IMG/VR virus record: IMGVR_UViG_3300017903_001998
Coordinates: 1 to 29,027 of that record
From: a virus
Taxonomy: Duplodnaviria; Caudoviricetes
DNA length: 29,027 bases
Strand: one strand, 5' to 3'
Of this stretch, positions 9,348 through 18,132 are shown piece by piece; position 1 is the stretch's first letter; each line of letters starts with the position of its first letter. A program made the translations under genes and the position numbers. The notes below the pieces were generated by a model. It was not told where the DNA came from. It searched no databases and saw nothing but the letters and a program-made list of their open reading frames with translations.

Positions 9348-11015
9348 ATGATGTTACGCCCCTATCAAGAGGCGGCAATTGATGATGCATGCAAGTCTCT
9401 CGACAAACATGGAAATACAATTGTTGTCGCACCTACTGGAGCCGGAAAGACAATCATGCTTTCTGCGCTCGTAGGGAAGCGCCACAAAGACGGTAAAAAA
9501 GTTTTAGTGATGCAGCACCGCGATGAACTCGTGGATCAAAACAAAGCAAAGTTTGAGCGCATCAACCCCGACATCACAACAAGTATCGTAAACGGCACAG
9601 AGAAAAACTGGGACGGCAGTGCAATCTTTTCAATGGTGCAAACCATTTCGAGAGAGCGTAACCTACGTGATCGTCCAGTGTTCGACATGATTGTAGTAGA
9701 TGAGAGCCATCATGTCGCAGCCGACACATACTTGAAGGTAATTAACGCAGTTAAAGAAGATAACCCCACCGCAGAGATCGTAGGGTTTACAGCCACGCCT
9801 AATCGTGGCGATGGTAAAGGCTTGCGCAAAGTCTTCAACAACTGCGCACATCAGATAGAAATCACATCACTCATACGTGAAGGTTTTCTCGTAACCCCAC
9901 GCTCTTTCACAATGGACCTTGGTGTCGGCAAACGCTTAGGCGAAGTTACCATGAAGGGTAAAGAGTACGACATGCAGCAGGTTGAGGCTATCATGAACAG
10001 TGATGTCATCAACAAGCGCGTTGTTGAGGAATGGCAGGGCCACGCAGGAGATCGTAAGACCGTTGTGTTTTGCAGTACAGTAACACACGCAGAAGATTTG
10101 CTTGCAGAATTTGTGCGTCAAGGCGTCAGTGCAGGAATAGTCACTGGCGAAACGCCAAAAGAAGAACGTGCTGAACTGCTTCACAACCTCACATATGGCG
10201 ACATACAGGTCGTCGTGAATGTTGCAGTTCTTACCGAAGGCTTCGACAGTCCGCCCGTGTCGTGTGTTGTTTTAACACGCCCATGCTCACAAAAGGGCAC
10301 AATGGTACAGATGATTGGGCGTGGCTTACGAACCATTGATCCAGAAGAGTTTCCCGGGATCAAAAAGAAAGACTGTATTGTTTTAGACTTTGGTACAAGC
10401 ATTCTAACCCACGGCTCACTCGAAGACAGCGTTAATCTGGATGACAGAGAGAAAAAGGGCGTGGCGCCTGTAAAGGAATGCCCAGAGTGCGAATCTGAAA
10501 TCCCTATGAGCGTTATGACATGTCCTGTCTGTGGCTACGAAATCCCACCTGCAGATAAGGAAAAGCACACACTCGAACACTTCGAAATGTCAGAGTATGA
10601 CCTGATGAAGATGTCACCATTCCGTTGGATTGATCTATTTGGCGACAACTCTTTGCGCATGGCTATGGGCTTCGATGGATTTGTCGGCGTTGCGAACACA
10701 TCAGACCTAAGCATTGCATTCGGAAAAGTAACAGGTCGAGGCGGTCAGTTGCGCGTTCTTTCTGTTGGCGCAGCAACACAAGCCACCGCAGCGGCTGATG
10801 ACTTCTTACGTGCAATAGAAGAAGGGGAAGCAGCCAAGAAAACAAGACGTTGGTTAAATCAAATCCCAAGCCAAAAGCAGGTCGATCACTTGCGCAAACA
10901 AGGCATTGAAGTCAGCGCGTTTGACCTTTCTTGGACAAAGTACAAAGCCGCATGCATGCTTAACTTTATGTGGAATAAATTCGTAATCGAAAAAGCAGTG
11001 GAGAAGCACCTATGA
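9348..11015 (+). CDS. Superfamily 2 DEAD/DEAH-like helicase with C-terminal zinc ribbon (RadD/YejH-like)
   Basis: LRPYQ, APTGAGKT, DESHH, TATP, LTEGFD, QMIGRGLR, CPEC...CPVC. Confidence 0.9.
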   Translation: MMLRPYQEAAIDDACKSLDKHGNTIVVAPTGAGKTIMLSALVGKRHKDGKKVLVMQHRDELVDQNKAKFERINPDITTSIVNGTEKNWDGSAIFSMVQTISRERNLRDRPVFDMIVVDESHHVAADTYLKVINAVKEDNPTAEIVGFTATPNRGDGKGLRKVFNNCAHQIEITSLIREGFLVTPRSFTMDLGVGKRLGEVTMKGKEYDMQQVEAIMNSDVINKRVVEEWQGHAGDRKTVVFCSTVTHAEDLLAEFVRQGVSAGIVTGETPKEERAELLHNLTYGDIQVVVNVAVLTEGFDSPPVSCVVLTRPCSQKGTMVQMIGRGLRTIDPEEFPGIKKKDCIVLDFGTSILTHGSLEDSVNLDDREKKGVAPVKECPECESEIPMSVMTCPVCGYEIPPADKEKHTLEHFEMSEYDLMKMSPFRWIDLFGDNSLRMAMGFDGFVGVANTSDLSIAFGKVTGRGGQLRVLSVGAATQATAAADDFLRAIEEGEAAKKTRRWLNQIPSQKQVDHLRKQGIEVSAFDLSWTKYKAACMLNFMWNKFVIEKAVEKHL

Positions 11016-11167
11016 AGAAAGACGTAAGAACAAGATGGGCAGTATATGACGATTGCCTCAAAGTATGGTATGACGGGGAACTTGTAGCCAAAATACATCC
11101 GTCAGAATTTAAGTATCTTATGTCAGAATTGGCGTTATGGTTAAGGCACAACAATTCTGAGGAGTGA
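11012..11167 (+). CDS. Small hypothetical protein (51 aa, not in ORF track)
   Basis: MKKDVRTRWAVYDDCLKVWYDGELVAKIHPSEFKYL...; ATGA overlap with the helicase stop, GGAG RBS. Confidence 0.6.
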   Translation: MKKDVRTRWAVYDDCLKVWYDGELVAKIHPSEFKYLMSELALWLRHNNSEE

Positions 11168-11171
11168 TTCT

Positions 11172-11480
11172 GTGGAATACTACGATGTCAATGTTCTTAT
11201 CGCGCGTAAAAAAGACGAAATACAAACGTATACTGAAGAATATGACATGGAAATTGAGTTTGAAGATAACGCTGAATACGAAGACGTTCAAACAAAAATT
11301 GCAGAGTTAATCGATTCCGAAATAAGAAAGTCTAAAGATATAATGTTGTTTGGTAGCGTCACAATCACAATGAGCGACTCACACCAGATTGTTATGAATT
11401 TTAAAAATAAAGAAGAACCAAACATAGACGCAGACGAAATATTTGATCTGCTACTGACATCAGAGGAGACAATGAATTGA
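11172..11480 (+). CDS. Acidic hypothetical protein
   Basis: 102 aa, GTG start with GAGGAG RBS. Confidence 0.6.
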   Translation: MEYYDVNVLIARKKDEIQTYTEEYDMEIEFEDNAEYEDVQTKIAELIDSEIRKSKDIMLFGSVTITMSDSHQIVMNFKNKEEPNIDADEIFDLLLTSEETMN

Positions 11481-11701
11481 CGGTACCATCAGCACCAGAG
11501 CCAATAAAAGAACTGGCATTTATATTAGATAAGTTTGGATGGGGCACACGTTTCTGTGACCTATCAGAAGATCAAGTGCAGGTTTTAATATTCGCACTGC
11601 AAGAGGCAAAACCACTATCTGAGGAGATCAGCGTTGGAACGCTCGAAGACAAGTACTTTAAGTCAACAGGCACTTTCCCATCTACAAGTATCCCGTTCTA
11701 A
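11477..11701 (+). CDS. Small hypothetical protein (DUF6511-like by position and C-terminal IPF)
   Basis: 74 aa, TTG start after GAGGAG; sits immediately before the Cas4-like nuclease. Confidence 0.5.
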   Translation: MTVPSAPEPIKELAFILDKFGWGTRFCDLSEDQVQVLIFALQEAKPLSEEISVGTLEDKYFKSTGTFPSTSIPF

Positions 11702-12413
11702 TCCAGTGACAGAGGCCATTTCTGCAGCGATTGATGCTGGAATACAAAGACAAAACGAACGGCGTGGAAAGAGAAAGTATCTAGGCGCATCTAGCATCGG
11801 TGAAGATTGCGGACGCAAAGTGCAGTACCGTTATCTTAACTACACCCCAGACGAATCATCTGGCTTTAGCGCAAAAACACTGCGAATCTTCGAGTTCGGT
11901 CACAACATCGAAGACTATGTAGCAAAGTGGTTTAGAGACGCAGGGTTTGACTTACGCACAGAAGATAAGCAAGGCGATCAGTTTGGGTTTTCCATCGCAG
12001 ATGGGGAAATCAGGGGCCACATCGACGGCGTTTTATGCGGCGGTCCAGTTGATATGGCATACCCTGCGCTATGGGAAAACAAGTCAGCAAACGATGCTAA
12101 GTTCAAAGCATTTGTTCGTATGGGAGTAGCAAAGGCAAACCCCGTGTATGCAACGCAAATTGCATTGTATCAGGCATACATGGATTTAACAGAAAATCCG
12201 GCTCTCTTTACTGTTGTGAATAAAAACACCAGTGAAATATACTATGAGCTAGTAGAATTCGATCAGCAGTTAGCCCAGTCTTCCAGCGACAGGGCCGTAA
12301 ATATCTTGACTGCCTCTAAAGCGGGTGACATTCTACCTCGCATCGCAAATAGTAAAGACTTTTATCTTTGCAAGTTTTGCGAGTTTAGGGAGACATGCTG
12401 GAAAGATAAGTAA
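11634..12413 (+). CDS. Cas4-like / PD-(D/E)XK exonuclease with Fe-S cysteines
   Basis: YLGASSIGEDCGR, GHIDG, WENKS, QIALY and C-terminal CKFCEFRETC (1+3 Cys). The start is uncertain (TTG 11634 or GTG 11706). Confidence 0.8.
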   Translation: MERSKTSTLSQQALSHLQVSRSNPVTEAISAAIDAGIQRQNERRGKRKYLGASSIGEDCGRKVQYRYLNYTPDESSGFSAKTLRIFEFGHNIEDYVAKWFRDAGFDLRTEDKQGDQFGFSIADGEIRGHIDGVLCGGPVDMAYPALWENKSANDAKFKAFVRMGVAKANPVYATQIALYQAYMDLTENPALFTVVNKNTSEIYYELVEFDQQLAQSSSDRAVNILTASKAGDILPRIANSKDFYLCKFCEFRETCWKDK

Positions 12414-12450
12414 AAAAAGGGCCGCACTCAGATGCATTGAGATACGGCCT
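12414..12450 (-). terminator. Intrinsic terminator-like hairpin on the antisense strand
   Basis: + strand reads A7-GGGCCG...CGGCCT, i.e. a stem-loop followed by T7 on the - strand. Confidence 0.45.
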
Positions 12451-12484
12451 AACAGTAGAGAAGTTTCATACAAGGAACAACATA

Positions 12485-14668
12485 ATGCGATTAACAGTAG
12501 TTGGCAACTCAAGATATGGTGGCAGGGACATCGTTAAAGAGATTTCTGACAAAGTGCCACACCATGTGCAAATCGACGAATTAAAGCAAACATTTATAAA
12601 CGGGAAGATCGTAAGAAACGAATTTCTAATCGGATCATTCGAGGGCGAAGTAGGCCAATCCCTAAAAATAGACATAGACCCATCTAGCCCAAAGTTCATG
12701 CAAGGCATGGATTTTGCCACAGGTGAAGGCGTTGGTGGCATCACGAAAATCCTAATGAAAGGACGCGGGTGGACACTTCCAGAAGTAGCAGATCACTTCA
12801 AAGAATATCTAGACACGCCACAGGTACAAGCACCTAAAAATCCAGTGCAGCCAAGCGCACCTCAACCACAACCCCAGTCAAGTGAAGAATTACCAAAACC
12901 TGCAAAAAGAAGCTTTGACATCAACTCACCACATGATGGAGAATACTTATATCTATCAGAAGCAGGTGAAGTTCTTTTTCAGGTTCGCCGCTACATAGAT
13001 AGAGACGAAGCGGGTGAAATTCTGCGGGGAGACGATGGTAAAGCTAAGAAGCAATTCAGGCAATTTCCTTACCTCGGAGATCGAATCAGACCGCTTTATA
13101 ATCTACCAGACATTCTTGATAGTGACCGTGTTGTTTTCGTCGAAGGAGAAAAATGCGCAGATGCACTGACCAAGCTCGGATTTACCGCCACATGCACAAT
13201 TGGTGGCGAGGGCATGCTTTCAGCAAAGTCAAAAACAAAATACGACTTTTCGCCTCTTAAAGACAAAGAGCTAATCATATGGCCCGATAACGATGATGCG
13301 GGTAAAAAATACGCCAAGATGATACAAGAGTTGGCGCAAAATGCGGGTGCAAAATCCGTAACAATGCTGAACATTCCCCTAGGTAAACCTAAAAAGTGGG
13401 ATGCGGCAGACGCAGTGGACGAAGGGTTCGACATACCCAAGTTTCTTAACAGTCCAGTGCATGTAGTTAAAAAAACACTTTCACTCAAAAGCAAACACCT
13501 ACTCGTAGCCAACCAATTTGCAGGACGGGCGCCAGATCAAAAGTATCTAATCGGTGATACAATACCGCTCGGAGTACCAGTTGTATTCGCAGCGGCAGGT
13601 GACAGCGGTAAAGGCATGATGACGCTTGATCTCGCAATGAAAGTCGCATCGGGCGAAGGTATGCAAAATTCATTTGGTGGCCTTGTTTCTCAACATGGCT
13701 CCGCAATCATTCTCTCAGCAGAAGATGACAGAGATGAACTCCATCGCCGGGTCACTCGACTTGATCCAATGAATAAACGTGCAAGCTATCAACACGATCT
13801 AATCGTTGTGCCCTTGCCAAATGAAGGCGGTGTATTCCCTATCATGCTTAAAGATGGTAACTCATATGGTATATCTGAGCAGTTCGATAAAATTTACGAA
13901 GAGATTAAAGAAATAGACGATCTCGCGCTGATCGTAATTGACCCTATGGCATCGTTTGTTCACGCAGATGTAAATGCTGACCCCGCAGCAGGAGCAGCGT
14001 TCATGGGATTGCTGGCGCGAATGTCCACAGAAACGGGCGCCACAGTTATGGTAAACCACCACATGGCTAAGGTTAGCGATGACAGCCCTATAGACAGCCC
14101 AGAAAAGGCCAGAAACAAAATTCGGGGTACATCAGCCATCGTAGACGGTGTACGCTCTGCGTTCTCTGTATGGCAGGTAGACGAAAGCACGGCAAAATCA
14201 CGCTGCAAAGAACTCAACATCAAATACACACGCAACGCTGTGTTCGATGGTGCAGTCGTAAAAGCCAACGGCCCTGCCAATCGGGACATCAGGCACTTTA
14301 TTAGAAACCCAGATACAGGTTTACTCGAAGATCGCAGCCAAGACATACGCTCAATCAAAGGATCACAAGTGGTTCGGGATCGTACCGAATACGTCTTTAA
14401 CTTCATTAGGGAGCGTGAAGAGCGCGGCATTCCAGTCACAAAAGGCGGTCAGCATGACGGTATATACGAAGCCGTTCGAACCGCACCAGTCGAAGACATC
14501 AATGCAGCAAACATCGTTCGCTTCGGGGAAAGCACAATTAAAGACACAGTTACCAAGCTGCAAAACGATGGACGCATCGATCAATTCAAGCGCACAAGAA
14601 ACGGGCCTCGCAAGTGGCTCGGGGTTGTCGGGGGAATACTCAACAGAGAAGAGGATGATTTGCCATGA
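12485..14668 (+). CDS. Primase-helicase: TOPRIM domain plus RepA/AAA_25 (SF4-like) helicase
   Basis: VVFVEGEKCADAL, IWPDNDDAG and WDAAD (TOPRIM); AAGDSGKG, LIVIDP, NHH and RGTSA (RepA-like). AAGGA RBS before ATG 12485. Confidence 0.85.
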   Translation: MRLTVVGNSRYGGRDIVKEISDKVPHHVQIDELKQTFINGKIVRNEFLIGSFEGEVGQSLKIDIDPSSPKFMQGMDFATGEGVGGITKILMKGRGWTLPEVADHFKEYLDTPQVQAPKNPVQPSAPQPQPQSSEELPKPAKRSFDINSPHDGEYLYLSEAGEVLFQVRRYIDRDEAGEILRGDDGKAKKQFRQFPYLGDRIRPLYNLPDILDSDRVVFVEGEKCADALTKLGFTATCTIGGEGMLSAKSKTKYDFSPLKDKELIIWPDNDDAGKKYAKMIQELAQNAGAKSVTMLNIPLGKPKKWDAADAVDEGFDIPKFLNSPVHVVKKTLSLKSKHLLVANQFAGRAPDQKYLIGDTIPLGVPVVFAAAGDSGKGMMTLDLAMKVASGEGMQNSFGGLVSQHGSAIILSAEDDRDELHRRVTRLDPMNKRASYQHDLIVVPLPNEGGVFPIMLKDGNSYGISEQFDKIYEEIKEIDDLALIVIDPMASFVHADVNADPAAGAAFMGLLARMSTETGATVMVNHHMAKVSDDSPIDSPEKARNKIRGTSAIVDGVRSAFSVWQVDESTAKSRCKELNIKYTRNAVFDGAVVKANGPANRDIRHFIRNPDTGLLEDRSQDIRSIKGSQVVRDRTEYVFNFIREREERGIPVTKGGQHDGIYEAVRTAPVEDINAANIVRFGESTIKDTVTKLQNDGRIDQFKRTRNGPRKWLGVVGGILNREEDDLP

Positions 14669-14829
14669 ACCAAAACGTAAAATCCGCGCTCGGCGCCATA
14701 AAACGCAAAGCAAATATTTTACAATATGATGGCGAACGAATGGGAATACCACATTCCCAACAACATGGAGAAGAACTAGAACGTCTAGTCGAAATATTAG
14801 AGAGGGCAATAAAAAATGAACATAAATGA
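14665..14829 (+). CDS. Small hypothetical protein (54 aa, not in ORF track)
   Basis: MNQNVKSALGAIKRKANILQYDGERMG...; ATGA overlap, GAGGA RBS. Confidence 0.55.
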   Translation: MNQNVKSALGAIKRKANILQYDGERMGIPHSQQHGEELERLVEILERAIKNEHK

Positions 14830-15256
14830 AACATACAACCTGAATGAAAGAGAAAAAAAAGCTCTTGAGCTAAAAAAAGAAGGACTGAATTACAAAGAAT
14901 TAGGAAAAGAATTGGGCGTTAGTCCCAATCGCGCTCGGGTTATTTATATGTCAGGCCGTGAAAAAGAACGGCACCTTGATCGGGTTGAACGGGCAAAAAG
15001 ACGGTATAAAAAAGAAGGCGATACATTCTCTGTTTTTCTGGACGACACAGAAAGAAAAAACCATTGGATAGATAAAAGAGATTACCAGTGTTATCTGAAC
15101 ACAAATACACAAGCTATTCGGGTTCTGCTGCACAATGGAATAACAACAATTGAACAAATAGATAACACAACAGATGAAGAGTTTTTACGAATGCCAGCGA
15201 TGGGCAAGAGAATACTAGCCAACCTTCGGGCATCTGTGGAAGAATTTAAATCCTAA
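14816..15256 (+). CDS. Sigma70 region-4-like HTH fused to RNA polymerase alpha-CTD-like domain
   Basis: N-terminus LNEREKKALELKKEGLNYKELGKELGVSPNRARVI; C-terminus TQAIRVLLHNGITTIEQIDNTTDEEFLRMPAMGKRILANL. Confidence 0.7.
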   Translation: MNINETYNLNEREKKALELKKEGLNYKELGKELGVSPNRARVIYMSGREKERHLDRVERAKRRYKKEGDTFSVFLDDTERKNHWIDKRDYQCYLNTNTQAIRVLLHNGITTIEQIDNTTDEEFLRMPAMGKRILANLRASVEEFKS

Positions 15257-15257
15257 G

Positions 15258-15344
15258 AAAATCGTGGGGGCGGCACTGAAAGTTTCGGGCTATAGTGCGT
15301 CCTGATGGCGAACCAACAAAAACTTTTCGCCCCCACAGTTTTTT
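15258..15344. terminator. Structured element / probable bidirectional terminator between convergent operons
   Basis: Perfect 9-bp stem GTGGGGGCG (15264-15272)/CGCCCCCAC (15328-15336), flanked by an A-rich tract on the left and a T-tract on the right. Confidence 0.5.
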
Positions 15345-15345
15345 A

Positions 15346-15510
15346 CTAAAACTTAGGCTCAAGCACAACACCTTGTTCGTGCAATTTCTTATAATAATTC
15401 AATGCTTTCGCCAACTCTGTTGACCTCGGGTCGCCTTCCCATTCAGCATCGTCATATTCACGCTGCAAACGCTTAATCTCATCGCTCACAACTGCCAATC
15501 TATTATCCAT
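15346..15510 (-). CDS. Small hypothetical protein (54 aa, not in ORF track)
   Basis: MDNRLAVVSDEIKRLQREYDDAEWEGDPRS...EPKF; overlaps the stop of the upstream gene. Confidence 0.6.
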   Translation of the reverse strand: MDNRLAVVSDEIKRLQREYDDAEWEGDPRSTELAKALNYYKKLHEQGVVLEPKF

Positions 15511-15733
15511 TTTCGGGCCTCAACTTCGGTTTTAACACATACGAAACTTTGTCGGACACAACGCATTGCATCGCTGTGCCCTCATACAAATCATGAATCT
15601 GTTCATAAATCGGGTCGGCAAGCCCCTGCAGCGCCTCTCGGCAATGCCGCTCCCGATCATACCAAATGTATGAAGTCACGCTCTCAGCATCCATGCTGTA
15701 AGTAATCACAAGCGCAGTAAAATAATAAATCAT
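15503..15733 (-). CDS. Hypothetical protein (hydrophobic N-terminus, two Cys)
   Basis: 76 aa ORF coupled within the leftward operon. Confidence 0.6.
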   Translation of the reverse strand: MIYYFTALVITYSMDAESVTSYIWYDRERHCREALQGLADPIYEQIHDLYEGTAMQCVVSDKVSYVLKPKLRPENG

Positions 15734-16029
15734 TTACCCAACTCCTTCGCCCAGTTCTTCAACGTCTGGCGATTGCTCATTCCCAATATCTCCGCCGCTC
15801 GGGTGTAGTTATTACCAGACTTACGCAAAGCCCTCTCAATGTAATCAACCTTAACATCCTTCAACGCAGCGTGGATATCAAAATCCTCGGTAACATTCCC
15901 AATGCTCTTTTCATAAGCAATCACAACGTTACGCAATTCCTGCATGAACTCATCCAAATCTGTCTGCGTTCGGACATCTTCCAAACGCTCCAGAACATAC
16001 CAAATATCAACGCGTCCATCTCCACTCAT
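15730..16029 (-). CDS. Fis-family (HTH_8) DNA-binding protein
   Basis: C-terminal DYIERALRKSGNNYTRAAEILGMSNRQTLKNWAKELG matches the Fis/NtrC HTH pattern. Confidence 0.75.
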   Translation of the reverse strand: MSGDGRVDIWYVLERLEDVRTQTDLDEFMQELRNVVIAYEKSIGNVTEDFDIHAALKDVKVDYIERALRKSGNNYTRAAEILGMSNRQTLKNWAKELGK

Positions 16030-16379
16030 TAAAACACATCCCTCTGTAATCGTTTCATTCTCTTCGTGCGGAAAAAGCCCACATACTCGGGGTTTCGAAC
16101 CATGAACAATCGAGAAAATAACGCGATATAATCGTTCTTGATCTTGTAATCATTGCCACGCGTTACAATCATCGTTTCCCAACGCACTCGGTTTGCAATA
16201 AGCCAACCGCTCAGGCGGTCATGCCCTTTGTTGATCGCTTCAAAAGTAAAGTTCTCAAAGTATTCAAAGAACTGCGGGTTTTCGCTATGCCACTTGACCC
16301 ACTCACGCCCTAACGCGCTCTCCTTCATAACCTCGTAAAACTCACCTTCGGTACAGGTTAACTCAATTGTATTACTCAT
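16029..16379 (-). CDS. Hypothetical phage protein
   Basis: WHSENPQFFEYF...NRVRWE...KNDYIALFSRLF; GAGGA RBS before ATG 16379. Confidence 0.65.
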   Translation of the reverse strand: MSNTIELTCTEGEFYEVMKESALGREWVKWHSENPQFFEYFENFTFEAINKGHDRLSGWLIANRVRWETMIVTRGNDYKIKNDYIALFSRLFMVRNPEYVGFFRTKRMKRLQRDVF

Positions 16380-16641
16380 TAACGCATTCCTCACATTTTT
16401 CGGCATCTTCTCCCATGCCTACAGTTACAACTTCACCACAGTCACACAAACGCGGCATCTCTCCATCGCCCGAACAACTCTCGCAAACCTCTTTCCGAAC
16501 ATCGATCACGCCAACATCACGGGTCGGACTATGTGGTCGGGGTATCTCAACCTCAACCGTCCCATAGCCCCAACAATCGGGGCATGGCGACATGATCGGG
16601 GTTTCCATGGCCTCAATAGCCAAATCACTCATACGTCCCAT
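16372..16641 (-). CDS. DnaJ-type zinc-finger small protein
   Basis: CPDCWGYG and CESCSGDG (CxxCxGxG twice) plus CDC...CEEC. Confidence 0.7.
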   Translation of the reverse strand: MGRMSDLAIEAMETPIMSPCPDCWGYGTVEVEIPRPHSPTRDVGVIDVRKEVCESCSGDGEMPRLCDCGEVVTVGMGEDAEKCEECVNE

Positions 16642-16830
16642 TATACATCCTCCCTGTACTCATAGTTGTAGTTGAACTCGGCATCTAAATAATGCCATGC
16701 TTGCTCATACTCATAGTCGTAGTTCTTCCCGCCGTTTTCCATCTCATCTTCAGCCAGAAGATGCGCCCAATGGTTTAGACTAGGCTCATGGTTCAACTGC
16801 AATTCCCCTTGAAACCATACGTTGTGTTCC
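16641..16830 (-). CDS. Acidic hypothetical protein
   Basis: MEHNVWFQGEL...; part of the coupled leftward operon; start approximate. Confidence 0.55.
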
Positions 16831-16831
16831 A

Positions 16832-17026
16832 TTATTCCACCCCCACACAAATGTCCCGCTCACAACTCTCAGTCAGAATGTAATCAGGGTCTTGTTTCTC
16901 AATCCATTTCTCAATGATCGGGGCGCACAGACTGTAAAGTTCCTCGTCCGCAAACGTGGCAATGATCTGCGCCCAACGGCCTTGCTTCTCCATGTACGCA
17001 ATCGTATCGATATATACTTCTTCCAT
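16832..17026 (-). CDS. Hypothetical protein
   Basis: MEEVYIDTIAYMEKQGRWAQIIATF...; TGATG coupling at 17026. Confidence 0.6.
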   Translation of the reverse strand: MEEVYIDTIAYMEKQGRWAQIIATFADEELYSLCAPIIEKWIEKQDPDYILTESCERDICVGVE

Positions 17027-17163
17027 CAGAACCACCCCACAATCACGCCAACAACAAAGCCCAAAACCAAAATCGCAGTGATGCAGAAAATCGCAACGTC
17101 CTGCCAATCAATACGCGCAAAGTCGCGCTCCATCTCTTCGATCATCTTAATCAACTCACGCAT
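17026..17163 (-). CDS. Small single-pass membrane protein (45 aa, not in ORF track)
   Basis: MRELIKMIEEMERDFARIDWQDVAIFCITAILVLGFVVGVIVGWF; C-terminal TM helix. Confidence 0.6.
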   Translation of the reverse strand: MRELIKMIEEMERDFARIDWQDVAIFCITAILVLGFVVGVIVGWF

Positions 17164-17302
17164 CTTCCATATCTCCCCGTAAATCGTGCGCCTTGTCTTC
17201 CAACAAGTGCGCTATCTCATCAGCAAAAGTATCGGACAAAGTGCCATCTCTGAACAACTCCGCCCAATGCTCTAACGATTGTGCAAACAACTCTTGATCC
17301 AT
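17156..17302 (-). CDS. Small acidic hypothetical protein (48 aa, not in ORF track)
   Basis: MDQELFAQSLEHWAELFRDGTLSDTFADEIAHLLEDKAHDLRGDMEDA; overlaps both neighbours. Confidence 0.55.
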   Translation of the reverse strand: MDQELFAQSLEHWAELFRDGTLSDTFADEIAHLLEDKAHDLRGDMEDA

Positions 17303-17673
17303 CATAGCGACACACAAAACGGGCTATCAGATACAGGCAAATGATCCCACGGTTCCGCATAAACAGACAAAGGCTTTTCATATACCTCAACTTCATCGGG
17401 ATATTCGGGGTTGCGATAGTAAATGAACTTATTATCTTCCAAAACCTCGCTCGGGCTTATGTCAAACCCAGTGCGCTCACCCAACATAATCGCAAGCTGC
17501 TTTAAACGCTCTTCGGGGTTTTCCATCTCTACAGACAACACGGTGCTATCAACACCGCCAACCAAAGCCATCGCCTCTTGCGCACCTAAGACCTCGGCCT
17601 CGTCAATCGTCGGGGCTTCAACTGCCACATTGCGGACAGTCTCAACCTTCACTTCTACCTTATACATGGGCAT
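17302..17673 (-). CDS. Hypothetical protein
   Basis: 123 aa, GAGGAG RBS; N-terminal YKVEV...VEAPTIDEA motif seen in small phage proteins. Confidence 0.65.
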   Translation of the reverse strand: MPMYKVEVKVETVRNVAVEAPTIDEAEVLGAQEAMALVGGVDSTVLSVEMENPEERLKQLAIMLGERTGFDISPSEVLEDNKFIYYRNPEYPDEVEVYEKPLSVYAEPWDHLPVSDSPFCVSL

Positions 17674-17971
17674 GATCTAGCTCCTCTTCACTTACGCGCT
17701 CTACGCGCTCAACAACAATGTCATAATCAGCGATATAATCGCCCTTCGGATCGGGATATGCGTCCGCGTCCTCAATCAGTGAAGCTTGAATAAATCCATC
17801 CTCACAAAGCTCATAATCTTCGAATTGGTCGCGCACCTCGGAAAGCGCGGCATGTAATGTCGGGAAATGCCCGATACTATAACCGCCCTTATTGCAAACA
17901 TGTTCGCCTTGTCCTTCTTCGCCCCACTCGTGAACAGTGATTCCTAAAACTCTCGCCTTATATGTAGGCAT
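17660..17971 (-). CDS. Hypothetical protein
   Basis: 103 aa, AAGGAG RBS, first gene after the leftward promoter. Confidence 0.7.
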   Translation of the reverse strand: MPTYKARVLGITVHEWGEEGQGEHVCNKGGYSIGHFPTLHAALSEVRDQFEDYELCEDGFIQASLIEDADAYPDPKGDYIADYDIVVERVERVSEEELDHAHV

Positions 17972-18001
17972 ATCTATTTCTCCTTTTTTCTAGATATTTT
18001 G

Positions 18002-18030
18002 ACCGTAAAATAATTTACTCTTCGGGTCAA
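18002..18030 (-). promoter_or_regulatory. Sigma70-type leftward promoter
   Basis: TTGACC (18030-18025), 17 bp, TACGGT (18007-18002), then TCTAGA and RBS; AT-rich upstream. Confidence 0.55.
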
Positions 18031-18055
18031 TTAAAAACTGCAAAAAAATTTACGC

Positions 18056-18095
18056 AAAGAAAAACCCCCGTAGAAGAGGAAAAACTACGGGGGTT
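18056..18095 (-). terminator. Rho-independent terminator
   Basis: 11-bp stem AACCCCCGTAG/CTACGGGGGTT followed by a T-rich tract on the - strand. Confidence 0.75.
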
Positions 18096-18132
18096 CAGTC
18101 AGTAATTATGAAAGGTGTCGTATAAACAACAA

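Noticed and set aside
11634-12413. CRISPR-Cas system implied by the Cas4-like gene
   Set aside because: There are no other cas genes or array; solo Cas4-like nucleases are routine in phage recombination modules.
15295-15330. Hammerhead ribozyme (CTGATG...GAA)
   Set aside because: The core reads CTGATGG/CGAAC rather than CUGANGA/GAAA, and the three-stem arrangement is missing.
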